From assembly GCA_963749075.1 (NCBI GenBank), contig CAVVLJ010000021.1, forward strand, positions 640,001 to 704,000: a DNA stretch of 64,000 nucleotides, given 5' to 3'. Shown here piece by piece: positions 1-12,531 of this stretch; position 1 is the stretch's first letter, and each line of letters begins with the position of its first letter. Source of the stretch: an uncultured Pseudomonadota bacterium. Its GTDB lineage: Bacteria; Pseudomonadota; Alphaproteobacteria; JACZXZ01. The position numbers were made by a program, and so were the translations under genes. Below the pieces are notes generated by a model. The model worked only from the letters and a program-made list of their open reading frames with translations. It had not been told where the DNA came from and did no database searches.

Positions 1-264
1 CAGCAGCCAATCGCCTTGGCTCTTGCCCTCGACATGCGCCGTCCGGATTCCCGCGGCCTTGAGCTTCTCCATGAGATGCTCGGCCATTGCGCCCACCTGC
101 CGCTGCGAGGTCCCGCTTGCGATCATCATGTAGTCGGCGATCGTCGATTTGTGCTCCAGGCTGATGATCACCGGGTCGATCGCCTTGTCGTCCTCGAGCG
201 AGCGCTCGATCAGTCGGCAAAGCGCCTCAGCGGGGGTGGACGGCTTTCTCTGGCGTCTCGCTAT
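1..264 (-). CDS. rsfS: Ribosome silencing factor RsfS (Iojap), 3' end runs off the window
   Basis: Manual translation: IERSLEDDKAIDPVIISLEHKSTIADYMMIASGTSQRQVGAMAEHL...GDWLL. Lies downstream of nadD as is usual. Start uncertain (ATA at 264 after a Shine-Dalgarno, SD). Confidence 0.9.
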   Translation of the reverse strand, partial: MARRQRKPSTPAEALCRLIERSLEDDKAIDPVIISLEHKSTIADYMMIASGTSQRQVGAMAEHLMEKLKAAGIRTAHVEGKSQGDWLL

Positions 265-916
265 GGTTGCCCTCTCCTTTGTTTTGCTCCGCGTGCCTGC
301 CGCCGCGCCGCGCCCGGATGGCGCTTGCCGAGGCCTTGTGCAGGGGGATGCGGAGAAACACCCATGCAGGCGGCCTGAGCTCGCCGATCCGCTTGGCCCG
401 GTGCTGCCGCACGCGGAAGGGTGCGTAACGGCGCGCGGCCTTTCCAGCCAACGCCTTGAAAGAATAGGAAGGTCGGTCGAAAACTGCAATGGACAGTTCC
501 GTGAAGATTTTCGCCCAGCGCTGCCAGCTTGGGATCTGCGCCAGGTTGTCCGCTCCCATCAGCCAGACGAAGCGATGCCGCGGAAAGCGCCGCTTCAAGA
601 CCGCGACCGTGTCGGCGGTGTAGCGCGTGCCGAGCAGCTCCTCGATGCCGCTCACCTTGATGCGGGGGTGGCGGACGGCCGCGCGGGCGGCCTTGAGGCG
701 CGCCCTGAAGGGCGCCATGCCGAGGCGCGGCTTGAGCGGGTTCTGGGGCGAGACGAGCCACCAAATCTCGTCCAGATTCAATAGCTTGAGCGCAAAGAGG
801 CTGATGTGGAGGTGGCCGGCGTGGGCGGGATTGAAGGAGCCGCCCAGGAGGCCGATCCGGCGCCGCCTGCGCGCGGCTTGGGCCGGCTGCCTCACCCCTC
901 GGGCCTCTCGCGCCAT
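227..916 (-). CDS. nadD: Nicotinate-nucleotide adenylyltransferase
   Basis: IGLLGGSFNPAHAGH (HxGH), WWLVSPQNPLK, FVWLMGADNL motifs; proA-nadD-rsfS synteny. Confidence 0.93.
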   Translation of the reverse strand: MAREARGVRQPAQAARRRRRIGLLGGSFNPAHAGHLHISLFALKLLNLDEIWWLVSPQNPLKPRLGMAPFRARLKAARAAVRHPRIKVSGIEELLGTRYTADTVAVLKRRFPRHRFVWLMGADNLAQIPSWQRWAKIFTELSIAVFDRPSYSFKALAGKAARRYAPFRVRQHRAKRIGELRPPAWVFLRIPLHKASASAIRARRGGRHAEQNKGEGNHSETPEKAVHPR

Positions 917-924
917 TGCCGCTC

Positions 925-2208
925 TCAGGGCCTGAGCTGTCCCTTGCCGCGGACCAGGTATTTGAAGCTGGTGAGCTGCTCGGCGCCGACCGGCCCGCGC
1001 GCGTGGAGCCTGCCCGTGGCGATGCCGATCTCGGCACCCATGCCGAACTCGCCGCCGTCCGCGAACTGGGTCGAGGCGTTGTGCAGCACGATGGCGCTGT
1101 CGACCTCCTTGAGGAAGCGCTCCGCGGCGGCCGGGTCCGCGCTCACGATGGCGTCCGTGTGGTGCGAGCCGTAGCGGTTGACGTGGTCGATGGCCGCCTC
1201 CAGGCCGCCCACCACCTTGATCGAGAGGACGGCATCGAGATACTCGGCCGACCAGTCGGCCTCGCTCGCCGGGGTGATGCGCGCGTCGGCCTCTCGCGCC
1301 TCCGCGTCGCCGCGGAGCGCGCAGCCGGCCGCGATCAGCGCCGCGGCGATGACCGGGAGATGGCTGCCTACGACCGCGCGGTCGATCACCAGGCTCTCGG
1401 CGGCGCCGCACACGCCTGTGCGGCGCATCTTCGAGTTGAGCACGACCCGCCGCGCCATCTCGAGCTCGGCTGCCGCGTGCACATAGACGTGGCAGTTGCC
1501 CTCGAGGTGGGCGAGCACGGGGATGCGGCTCTCGCGCTGCACGCGCTCGATGAGCGACTTGCCGCCGCGCGGCACGATCACGTCGATGAGCCCGCTCATG
1601 GCGAGCATCTCGCCGACCGCCTCGCGCGAGCGCGCGGGCACGAGCTGGATTGCCGCCTCGTCGATGCCGGCCGAGCGCAGCCCTTCGGCCAGGCATTCGG
1701 CGAGCGCCTGAGACGAATGGAAGCTCTCCGAGCCGCCGCGCAGGATTGCCGCATTGCCGGCCTTGAGGCAGAGCCCGCCCGCGTCCGCCGTCACGTTGGG
1801 CCGCGACTCGTAGATGATGCCGATGACGCCCAAGGGCACGCGCACGCGCTCGATGCGAAGGCCGTTGGGCCGTTGCCACGCCGCCATCACCTGGCCCACG
1901 GGATCGGGGAGGGCGGCGACACTCTCGAGCCCGGCGGCAACCGTCTCGATCCCCGCCTCGTCGAGGGCGAGCCTGTTGAGGAAGGCGGCACTCGCGTTGC
2001 GGCTCCCCGCCTCCGCAAGGTCGCGCGCGTTGGCCTCGAGAATCTTCGCCTTGCTGCGGCGCACGGCCGCGGCGGCGGCATTGAGCGCCTGCACCTTCCG
2101 CTCGGCCGGCGTGCGCGCGAGCTCGAGTGCGGCCGCGCGCGCCCGCGCGCCGAGCCCTTGCATGAGGGCATGGATGTCCCGACGCTCGATCGCCTCGACT
2201 GCGCTCAC
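925..2208 (-). CDS. proA: Gamma-glutamyl phosphate reductase
   Basis: [52 protein letters not shown]; GTG start inferred. Confidence 0.96.
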   Translation of the reverse strand: MSAVEAIERRDIHALMQGLGARARAAALELARTPAERKVQALNAAAAAVRRSKAKILEANARDLAEAGSRNASAAFLNRLALDEAGIETVAAGLESVAALPDPVGQVMAAWQRPNGLRIERVRVPLGVIGIIYESRPNVTADAGGLCLKAGNAAILRGGSESFHSSQALAECLAEGLRSAGIDEAAIQLVPARSREAVGEMLAMSGLIDVIVPRGGKSLIERVQRESRIPVLAHLEGNCHVYVHAAAELEMARRVVLNSKMRRTGVCGAAESLVIDRAVVGSHLPVIAAALIAAGCALRGDAEAREADARITPASEADWSAEYLDAVLSIKVVGGLEAAIDHVNRYGSHHTDAIVSADPAAAERFLKEVDSAIVLHNASTQFADGGEFGMGAEIGIATGRLHARGPVGAEQLTSFKYLVRGKGQLRP

Positions 2209-2249
2209 GGCCTCGCTCCCTGCCCCCGCCCCCTCACGAGGGCGCCACA

Positions 2250-3642
2250 CTAGCCGGAATTTCCGCGAAATTCCAGGGGCTTGCGGCTTCGGCGGCGCGA
2301 TGCTCTCGCGCGCTCCCTCAGCAGTTGCGCAACGTCCTGCGTCCTGATGAGCGTGCTGCCCGCCTCTTCGATGGGCCAGTCGCGATATTTGATTGCGGCA
2401 AGCTCTTCGATGGCGTCGCGATGTTTGCGAGCCTGCCCGAGCCGGCCTTTGCCGTCGAGCCCATCCGCAGCGAAATGATCGTCCAATGCTTCGCGGCTGA
2501 TGGCGCAACGGACCGGATGGTTCCCAGCGAGGCCCGTGAAGACGGCAACGTCCCGCTCGAAGTCATAGTGCATGGCCGACGCATCGAACCGCAGCGCCAA
2601 GTCGGCAAGGATGTTGCGCGGCCGGCCAAGCGCCTTGAGCGTCACGTCCCGCACGGTCGGATCGACCATGTGCAGCCCATCGAGCAGCAGTTGCGTCCAT
2701 TTTCTGCCGCGCTCCAGGACCTCGCCCCAGGCGGCGCGGAGATCGCTCTCGCGCTGGTTGGCGAGAACACCAAGAAGCGCTTGCGCTTGAAGCAGATCCT
2801 TGTCGGCCTTGGCGTGGCCTCCTTGGCGGCGCCGAGAGACGATCAGCTTATGGAGGGCAAATCGCTCCGGCGCCGGGACAAGGGCGTAGACGCCGGGCCG
2901 GTGGAGGACGACGGCCGGCACCGGGTCGCGGATGAGGAAATCGAGAAAACGAAGCGGCAGCGCATCGGTCCCGAGCGCCTTGAGCTTCACCGGCGCGTCC
3001 CGCTCCGCATCTCGATTGGTCGCCAGGAAATCGACCCGCAGCCCCCTCGTTGCGTAAGTTGCCGTGCGGCGCGCTTCGTGCGCGTAGGGGAGAGGCCGAA
3101 ACGACGGATCTGCGCCGCGCAGGACGCCGAGCATATTCGGAATGGCATCTGCGACGGCGACGGAGATCGCGTAGTCTTGCGCGATGTCTACGTCTGCCGT
3201 CTGCACGGCGCCGACGGGCAGCCGCGCGCCAAGCATGGCCGAGTAGGTCTGAAAGGCGACCGTGCCGACCAGCACGGCACGGAGGCGGAAGACCCCGGCC
3301 TCGGCGAGTGCCGAGAGGACGGCGCCGGCGGCCGGATCGGGCCGTGGCAGATGGGCGGAGCGAACCAAAGCGGAAACCAGAAGTCTGGCGCTCGCGCAGA
3401 TCGTCGCGCACCTGCTTGTGGCGGGCGATCCGCTCCAGAAGCTCCCCGGTTTCCGCTCCGACGTAGCGCTGCTTGCGCGTGCCGTTCGCGCTCACTTGGA
3501 AATACCAGTAGCGCCGCCCTCGGATCGTCTTCGGCGTGAATACGCCCTCTTCGGCGAACGCCTGCTCGAACTCGGCGGCGGCACAGCGTTCGAGAAGCTC
3601 GGCGTAGGCCGTCCTCAGCGAGAGGGGGATTTCGGCAGCCAT
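2250..3642 (-). pseudogene. GSU2403-like nucleotidyltransferase-fold protein with C-terminal DUF1488-like domain, frameshifted near 3381
   Basis: The N-part (AYAELLERC...RRYWYFQ...QRYVG) and C-part (LVSALVRSAHLPRP...VLVGTVAFQTY...TADVDIAQ...PERFALHKLIVS...KDLLQA; [14 protein letters not shown]) are in different frames. Removing one base at CAG ACT T CTG joins them. Confidence 0.75.
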
Positions 3643-3660
3643 GGAGCCCGTGCAAATAGT

Positions 3661-3747
3661 ATTATACGCATTTTGCGATATGCGTATAATAATATGGCCG
3701 AGCGCCGCGTCAAGTTGAATTTATACGCAAATCGCAATCTGCGTATA
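3661..3747. promoter_or_regulatory. Two palindromic operator-like sites TATACGCA-N10-TGCGTATA
   Basis: 3661-3690 ATTATACGCA ttttgcgata TGCGTATAAT and 3722-3747 TATACGCA aatcgcaatc TGCGTATA, in an AT-rich gap just upstream of the GSU2403-like gene. Confidence 0.75.
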
Positions 3748-3773
3748 GCACCGCTCCGCCCCGCGCCGCCCCC

Positions 3774-6840
<3,067 letters not shown>

Positions 6841-6911
6841 GTCAAACCGAGTGTCGGGGACGAATAAAAGCGCGCGCGCGGCCGCAGCGGCCCTCGCGCA
6901 AGCGAGGCGGC

Positions 6912-6939
6912 ACTATAGCCAGGGACGTGCCCCTGTCAA
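6912..6939 (-). promoter_or_regulatory. Sigma70-like promoter of rplU
   Basis: Minus strand TTGACA-16 nt-TATAGT. Confidence 0.65.
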
Positions 6940-7715
6940 GGCATTGCGCCGCGCTTTGCGCCGGAGGACTGCCGCGGCGCCGGCGCCCGGTAGGGCCGCC
7001 AATGGCCGGGCCGCTGCGCCAGGCGGTCGGCGAGGACCGCGAGGGCGGCTGGATTGCGCCCGATGGTGCTGTGGGCGCCCTCGACCTCGATGTTCTCGGC
7101 CAATGCCGCCTCGCCGTTGAGGCAGCTCTGCCAGGCGACGATGCCGTCGCGGCGGGTGAAGATGGCGCTTGTCGGCACGGGCGGCGGCAGGGCCAGCGTC
7201 GCGAGCAGATGGTCGAAGGAGGCCGCGTGGCGCGCCGCGGCGAGGCGAAAGAGGAGCTCCAGGTTCGAGGCCGTGGGCAGGCGGAAGGGACTGCACAGCG
7301 TGATCACCTGGCGCACCGCGGCCGGTTGGCACTTCGCCGTCTCGCGGGCGAGCACGCCGCCGAGGCTGATGCCGACGAGGCTGAGCGGCGAGCCCTGGCG
7401 GCGCGCGAGCTCGGCCACCAGCGCCGTGGTGCGCGCGAGCAGGGCGTCGCTCGGGCCGAGGCAGCGGCCGAAGCCCCAGCCGAACGGGCGGTAGCCGAGC
7501 GCTGCCAGATAGCGCCTGAGCGGCATGGTCATGCGGTCGCCATGGAGGAAGGGCGGAAAGACGAGCACCGCATGGCCGTCCCCGCGCGGCAGCTCGACAG
7601 CGGGCGGCGGCGGCGGCGGGTCGCGGAGCAAGGCGGAGAGGTCGCGCAGCAGGAGGGCGAGGGAGGGCCGTGCGACGGCGCCGTCCGCGGCGAAGATGCG
7701 GGCATCGGCGCTCAT
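6936..7715 (-). CDS. Alpha/beta hydrolase (esterase/lipase-like)
   Basis: GISLGG nucleophile elbow, FTRRDGIVAW, GAH. Confidence 0.8.
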   Translation of the reverse strand: MSADARIFAADGAVARPSLALLLRDLSALLRDPPPPPPAVELPRGDGHAVLVFPPFLHGDRMTMPLRRYLAALGYRPFGWGFGRCLGPSDALLARTTALVAELARRQGSPLSLVGISLGGVLARETAKCQPAAVRQVITLCSPFRLPTASNLELLFRLAAARHAASFDHLLATLALPPPVPTSAIFTRRDGIVAWQSCLNGEAALAENIEVEGAHSTIGRNPAALAVLADRLAQRPGHWRPYRAPAPRQSSGAKRGAMP

Positions 7716-7788
7716 GGCGCGTTCCCCGCTCCGGCGGCCGGCTCGGCACCTGCGCGCTGCCGCGCGCTTTTTCGCCAAATCGACGCTC

Positions 7789-9819
7789 TCACTGCTTTCC
7801 GGCGAGCTTCCGCATGTAGCTCAGCAGATCGGCGTTCGCCGTCCCGTTGGCCGGCAGCCCGGTCTCGTGCTGGAATAGGCGGATGGCGGCGACCGTCCGC
7901 GGGTCCAGCCGGCCGCTGGCCGGGCCCGGGCTGTAGCCGAATCCGTCGAGCAGGCGCTGAATTTCGGCGATCTCCGGCGCGTTTTCGCCGGCGGCATGCG
8001 CAGGGGGTGCGGCGGCCGACGCCGGACGAGCGGCGGCGGGACGCGCCGCCGGCCGCCGGACCGGTGGCGCTTGCGCCGTGCGCGCTGCGGCGGCATGGGC
8101 GGGGGGCCTGGCGGCGGCGGCCCCCGGCACCTCGGCCGGCTTGGGCACGGGCTCGGGGAGCGCTGCCGCCTCCACCGCCGGCGCCGCGGGCGTCTTCGCA
8201 GCAGCCTGGACCGGGGGGTTTGCGGGCGGCGGTGCGGCGGAGGCCGCGCGGGTCTCGGCCGGCTTGGACGCGAGTTGCGCAGGCTGTGCCGGGGGCGTTG
8301 CGGCAGGCGCTCGGACCGCTGCGGCTGCGGCCGGCGCGGCTGCGGCCGGCGCGCGCGTCTCGGCCGGTTTCGCTTCGGACGGCGGAGCCGGCGTTGCCTG
8401 CGCCGAGGCTGCCGTCGGCGTTTCGGCAGTGCCTTGGGCGAGGGCGCTCGGCGGCGGCGGTGCTGCGGTGGCAGCGCTGGCCTCGGCCGGTTTGGGCGCG
8501 GGCGCGGGGAGCGGCAGCGCCTGCGCCGCGGGCGCCATCGCGGCTGCGGAAGCACCCTGCGCCGGGGCGCTCGCGGGCGGCGGTGCTGCGGCGGCCGCGC
8601 GAGTCTCGGCCGGCTTCGGAATGGGCAGCGGGAGCTGGTACGCTTCCGCGACGCTGGCCGCCGGCGGCGCCGCCGCGACTTGGGCCGCGACTTGGGCCGC
8701 GGCGCCGGCGGGCGGCCGTGCCGCGGGCGCGCCTGCCGCAGCCGGCGCTGCGGCCTGCGGCGGCTCGGGGGCTGCGGGCGCCGCGGCGCTCGCCTCCTTG
8801 CCGCGCCGCGGTGCCGCGGCATCCACCGCGGCTGCGGCGCCGATCTCGGCGCGCGACGCCGGCCGGATCTCGATCGACGCGGCCGCCGCCTCGTAGCGGC
8901 GGTCGCCCTCGGCGATCTCCGTAGCACTCAGCTTCGGCCTGAGCGACTTGAGATAGTCCGCCGCAGCCGGGACGTTGCCGCGCTCCGCGACGCGGAACCA
9001 TTTGTAGGCCTCGACGGCATCCGCAGCACCGCCGCGCCCGCTCTCGTAGAGCGTGCCGAGATTGAGCGCCGCGAGCGGGAGGCCGTCCTCCGCCGCCTTG
9101 GCGAACCACTTGCGCGCCTCGGCGTCGTTTTGCGCCACGCCCTTGCCTTCGGCATAGGCCGTGCCGAGGTTGTACTCGGCCGGCGGGTAGCGCTGCTGGG
9201 CGGCGCTCAGGTACCAAAGCAGCGCCAGGCGCGGCTCCTTCTCGACTCCCAAGCCCTTCTCGTAGAAGACGCCGAGGTTGTACTCGGCGGCCGCGAGGTT
9301 CTGCACCGCCGCCAGGCGCATCCAGTGCGCCGCCCCGCCGTAGTTCCGCGGCACCTCGCCGCCGATCACATAGAGCATGGCCAATTCGTACTGCGCGTCG
9401 GGGTCGCCCTTCTTGGCGCGCGCCTCGAGCTCCTTGAGCTTCCGCGCGGCGGCGCGCGGCGGCTCGGCGCTACCCGGCTGGGGTGCTGCTTGCGCCTGCG
9501 GCGTTGCCGCGGCCGGATCCTGAGGGGCCAGCAGCTGGCTGCCCGCCGCCTCGCTCGTGGCAATGAGGCCCCAGCCGATCTGAGAGAGAGCCGCGGCGAG
9601 CAAGAAGGCCCGCAGCAGCGCCCGCCTGCGGGCGGCCGGGCGCAGCCCTGCCGCCGTGCCAAGCGGCGCGTGCGCCTCGCCTTCGCCCCTCGCCGGAAGC
9701 GTGGGGGCAGCAGCCCGAGCCATCGACCCTCTCCAATGCATCGCCCCGATCATAGCAAGAATCGCGGCAGGCCTGTACGGTGTCGCAGCCCCGGGCCGCG
9801 GCCGTGCCGGCGCTGCCAT
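7789..9819 (-). CDS. Sel1-repeat protein with Ala/Pro-rich linker and C-terminal peptidoglycan-binding domain (PodJ-like architecture)
   Basis: AQYELAMLY / AEYNLGVFYEKG / AEYNLGTAY repeats; IQRLLDGFGYSPGPASGRLDPRTVAAIRLFQ; start uncertain. Confidence 0.8.
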   Translation of the reverse strand: MAAPARPRPGAATPYRPAAILAMIGAMHWRGSMARAAAPTLPARGEGEAHAPLGTAAGLRPAARRRALLRAFLLAAALSQIGWGLIATSEAAGSQLLAPQDPAAATPQAQAAPQPGSAEPPRAAARKLKELEARAKKGDPDAQYELAMLYVIGGEVPRNYGGAAHWMRLAAVQNLAAAEYNLGVFYEKGLGVEKEPRLALLWYLSAAQQRYPPAEYNLGTAYAEGKGVAQNDAEARKWFAKAAEDGLPLAALNLGTLYESGRGGAADAVEAYKWFRVAERGNVPAAADYLKSLRPKLSATEIAEGDRRYEAAAASIEIRPASRAEIGAAAAVDAAAPRRGKEASAAAPAAPEPPQAAAPAAAGAPAARPPAGAAAQVAAQVAAAPPAASVAEAYQLPLPIPKPAETRAAAAAPPPASAPAQGASAAAMAPAAQALPLPAPAPKPAEASAATAAPPPPSALAQGTAETPTAASAQATPAPPSEAKPAETRAPAAAAPAAAAAVRAPAATPPAQPAQLASKPAETRAASAAPPPANPPVQAAAKTPAAPAVEAAALPEPVPKPAEVPGAAAARPPAHAAAARTAQAPPVRRPAARPAAARPASAAAPPAHAAGENAPEIAEIQRLLDGFGYSPGPASGRLDPRTVAAIRLFQHETGLPANGTANADLLSYMRKLAGKQ

Positions 9820-9935
9820 GGCGCAGTTGCCGCGCCCCCTGCCGTTGCGCTAGTCTCGCGCCCCTCGCCGACCTCGGCTTGCCCGGATCGAGCGCCCGCT
9901 AGCGCGCTCGAGGGGCTGCCTAACTGTCCCCGCGC

Positions 9936-10025
9936 GGAGGGGTGCCGGAGCGGTCGATCGGGGCGGTCTCGAAAACCGTTGTACCCGCAAGGGTACCGTG
10001 GGTTCGAATCCCACCCCCTCCGCCA
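9936..10025 (+). tRNA. tRNA-Ser(CGA)
   Basis: GGAGGGG/CCCCTCC acceptor stem, anticodon arm GCGGT-CTCGAAA-ACCGT, long variable arm, GGTTCGAATCC, encoded CCA; 90 nt. Confidence 0.97.
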
Positions 10026-10131
10026 AACCTACCGTTCGCAGTTGTTCGCAGGCGTCGGCGAACGTATTGAAAAATATCTTAATTTTCCAGTATTATCTGC
10101 TCGTAATCGTCCGTCCGCGTTCGCCCGAGAT

Positions 10132-10173
10132 TGTGGGTAAACGCGTTAGCGGCGTGGGTAGGGATGCGGGTAG
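10132..10173 (+). repeat. Putative integrase arm-type binding repeats (YGYGGGTAR)
   Basis: TGTGGGTAA 10132, CGTGGGTAG 10153, TGCGGGTAG 10165; similar CGCGGGTAA 16747 and TGCGGGAAC 16759 near the other att site. Confidence 0.55.
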
Positions 10174-10190
10174 AAATCGGTTAAGCGGAT

Positions 10191-11435
10191 ATGGCGCAAT
10201 TCATCGGTAGGCTCACCGCCCTCAAAGTTCTCAGGACGAAGAAGTCTGGCATGTACGCCGATGGCGCCGGCCTCTATCTGCAAGTGACGGGCGATGGCGA
10301 TGCGCATATAGCGAAATCTTGGATTTATCGATTCACGCTTCGCGGCAGAGCCCGCGAAATGGGGCTGGGCTCGCTTTCGACATACGGCTTGGCGGAAGCG
10401 CGCATCAAAGCCGCGGAGTGCCGACGGCTCACCTATGAGGGCATAGACCCAATCGATACGCGCAAAGCTGAGCGCGCCAAGGTCGCACTCGATGTCGCCA
10501 AAGCACTGACCTTCAAGGAATGTGCCGCGCAATACGTCACGGCGCATCGCGTCGGCTGGCGCAATTCCAAGCACGCGGCGCAATGGAATGCCACCATTAA
10601 AACCTACGCCGAACCTGTCATAGGTTTCCTGCCCGTCCAGACCATCGATACAGCTTTGGTAATGAAGATCATCGAGCCCCTTTGGTCGAAGAAACCGGAA
10701 ACAGCATCGCGACTACGCGGGCGAATCGAAGCCGTACTTGATTGGGCAACGGCGCGCGGTTACCGCGAGGGCGAGAATCCTGCGCGATGGCGCGGCCATC
10801 TCGACAAACTGCTCCCCGCGCGCGCCAAGCTGCGCAAGGTGAAGCACCATGCCGCCCTACCCTATGACGAGCTGCCCGAGTTCATGGCCACGTTGCGCAC
10901 TCATGACGGTGTTTCGGCCCGCGCACTTGAATTCCTGATCCTCACGGCGGCCCGCACGGGCGAGGTAATCGGCGCCCGCCCGGATGAGATCAAGGAGAGG
11001 GTTTGGGCGGTGCCGGCCGGGCGCATGAAGGGTGGCACGGAGCATCGCGTGCCATTGTCCGCGCCCGCCCTGGCAATCGTCGAGACGCTCCAGAAGGAGC
11101 CCACCGGCACGTTCCTATTCCCCGGCGGAAATCGCGACAAGCCGCTCAGCAACATGGCGATGCTGGCGCTACTTGAGCGCATGGGCCGCGCGGACCTGAC
11201 CGCTCACGGCTTCCGCTCGACGTTCCGCGATTGGGCGGCGGAGCGCACGAACTACCCGCGCGAAGTGGTCGAGATGGCGCTGGCGCATGCGATCGAGAAC
11301 AAGGTCGAGGCCGCCTATCGGCGCGGTGATTTGCTCGAAAAGCGCCGCTCGCTGATGGCCGAGTGGGCGAAGTTCTGTGCCCGCATCAAGCGCACGGGGG
11401 ATGGTCAGGTCGTGCCGATCCAGCGTCGCGGATAG
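10191..11435 (+). CDS. P4-like tyrosine integrase with arm-binding domain
   Basis: YADGAGLYLQV...AREMGLG N-terminus; catalytic TAARTGE, HGFRSTFRDW, LAH, AAYRR. Confidence 0.95.
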   Translation: MAQFIGRLTALKVLRTKKSGMYADGAGLYLQVTGDGDAHIAKSWIYRFTLRGRAREMGLGSLSTYGLAEARIKAAECRRLTYEGIDPIDTRKAERAKVALDVAKALTFKECAAQYVTAHRVGWRNSKHAAQWNATIKTYAEPVIGFLPVQTIDTALVMKIIEPLWSKKPETASRLRGRIEAVLDWATARGYREGENPARWRGHLDKLLPARAKLRKVKHHAALPYDELPEFMATLRTHDGVSARALEFLILTAARTGEVIGARPDEIKERVWAVPAGRMKGGTEHRVPLSAPALAIVETLQKEPTGTFLFPGGNRDKPLSNMAMLALLERMGRADLTAHGFRSTFRDWAAERTNYPREVVEMALAHAIENKVEAAYRRGDLLEKRRSLMAEWAKFCARIKRTGDGQVVPIQRRG

Positions 11436-11641
11436 ACGGCGCTTTCGATAACCGTTTTGGATCGCTGGCAGTTGCGGGGAGCCGCATTGGCCGAGACCGA
11501 CATTCGTTGAAGGCGGCAATCTAACCTAACCTCTAGCAATATCGCGGACGGCTACACATTCGAGGGGAACCGTGAATATCAATCACGCCCGTTGTCCATC
11601 CCTCAAGAATACCCCTGGCATCAAGGCGACAACACTGTGCG

Positions 11642-12439
11642 TCAGGATGCTAATGAAGCGCAGCTTGAGACTGAGCACCATTTCACCCCGAGTGCGGTAG
11701 CGCATTCGCTACACTCAGCAGCGAGCCATTCATATTTAGTGCGAACCTTTGGCCTGCCGATGTTCGCCGCAAGACCATCCTGGATCTGCTTATTTGCTGC
11801 TTTGAGGAAATCTGTAGCATCAGTCGGGACCGGGTCAGGTGACGGTATAATCTCGGTCCACGGAATAAAATTCGGCCCCCATTCTGGATTGAAAATATCG
11901 ATGAAGTGTTGTCCGTCGCGATCACGCTTTACCAACGATTTAAGATGAGGATGCGCGGACCCCTGCCCAAACTCGTCCAATCGAAACTCATGTTTCCAAT
12001 GCGCCATTGTCGCGTCGTCCAAAATGACACGCGGATAGATGGCAACAGATTGTTCCAGCCGATATGCGTCGACGAATGCCGGGCCGACCACGATCCGTTT
12101 GTGATGATAAAGTGACCCGACGGTGATCGCTCCCCTGCACGGGAAACCCAATAGTAAAAGATGTCGGCAAAGATATCCGATCTCTCTAACCATATAGAAC
12201 ACACGGTCGGCCTGCATCATGGAGAGAACGAAGGAGTCGGAGAAGAAACTGGCGGTCGCAAAGGGGAGCTTCTTCATGAACTGATCAAATAGTTTGTTGG
12301 TGCCAATCAGCTTGCTGATCTTGGCCCGCGCAGCTGGGTTCGCGTCACTCGCTTTCACAAGATCGGCAAAGCCCAGTACGTCGATAAAAGCAACCGCCCG
12401 CTCCTGGTAGTCGAAAGAGTTGGTATCGCTTGCGAGCAT
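11642..12439 (-). CDS. Divergent class III nucleotide cyclase-like protein
   Basis: AFIDVLGF, FSDS, RGAITVG, GPAFVDAYRLEQ motifs in cyclase order; SD GGAGGT before ATG. Confidence 0.65.
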   Translation of the reverse strand: MLASDTNSFDYQERAVAFIDVLGFADLVKASDANPAARAKISKLIGTNKLFDQFMKKLPFATASFFSDSFVLSMMQADRVFYMVREIGYLCRHLLLLGFPCRGAITVGSLYHHKRIVVGPAFVDAYRLEQSVAIYPRVILDDATMAHWKHEFRLDEFGQGSAHPHLKSLVKRDRDGQHFIDIFNPEWGPNFIPWTEIIPSPDPVPTDATDFLKAANKQIQDGLAANIGRPKVRTKYEWLAAECSECATALGVKWCSVSSCASLAS

Positions 12440-12531
12440 TCCCACCTCCCGGCGGTCGATTTCGCTACTTTAAGCAGCCTGGAGCACGATTTCGCCTAAT
12501 CTAATCCTATTCGACATTCCCCAGAAGCCAA

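Noticed and set aside
7712-10140. Long alternative-frame ORFs here and throughout the window (e.g. 7996-10140, 49253-51304, 59074-61875)
   Set aside because: Arg/Pro/Gly-rich shadow ORFs expected at this GC content, overlapping well-supported genes.
11519-11640. RYYYAAC motifs suggesting integron attC sites in the island cargo
   Set aside because: No matching GTTRRRY or attC-like hairpin, and the integrase is P4-like rather than IntI.
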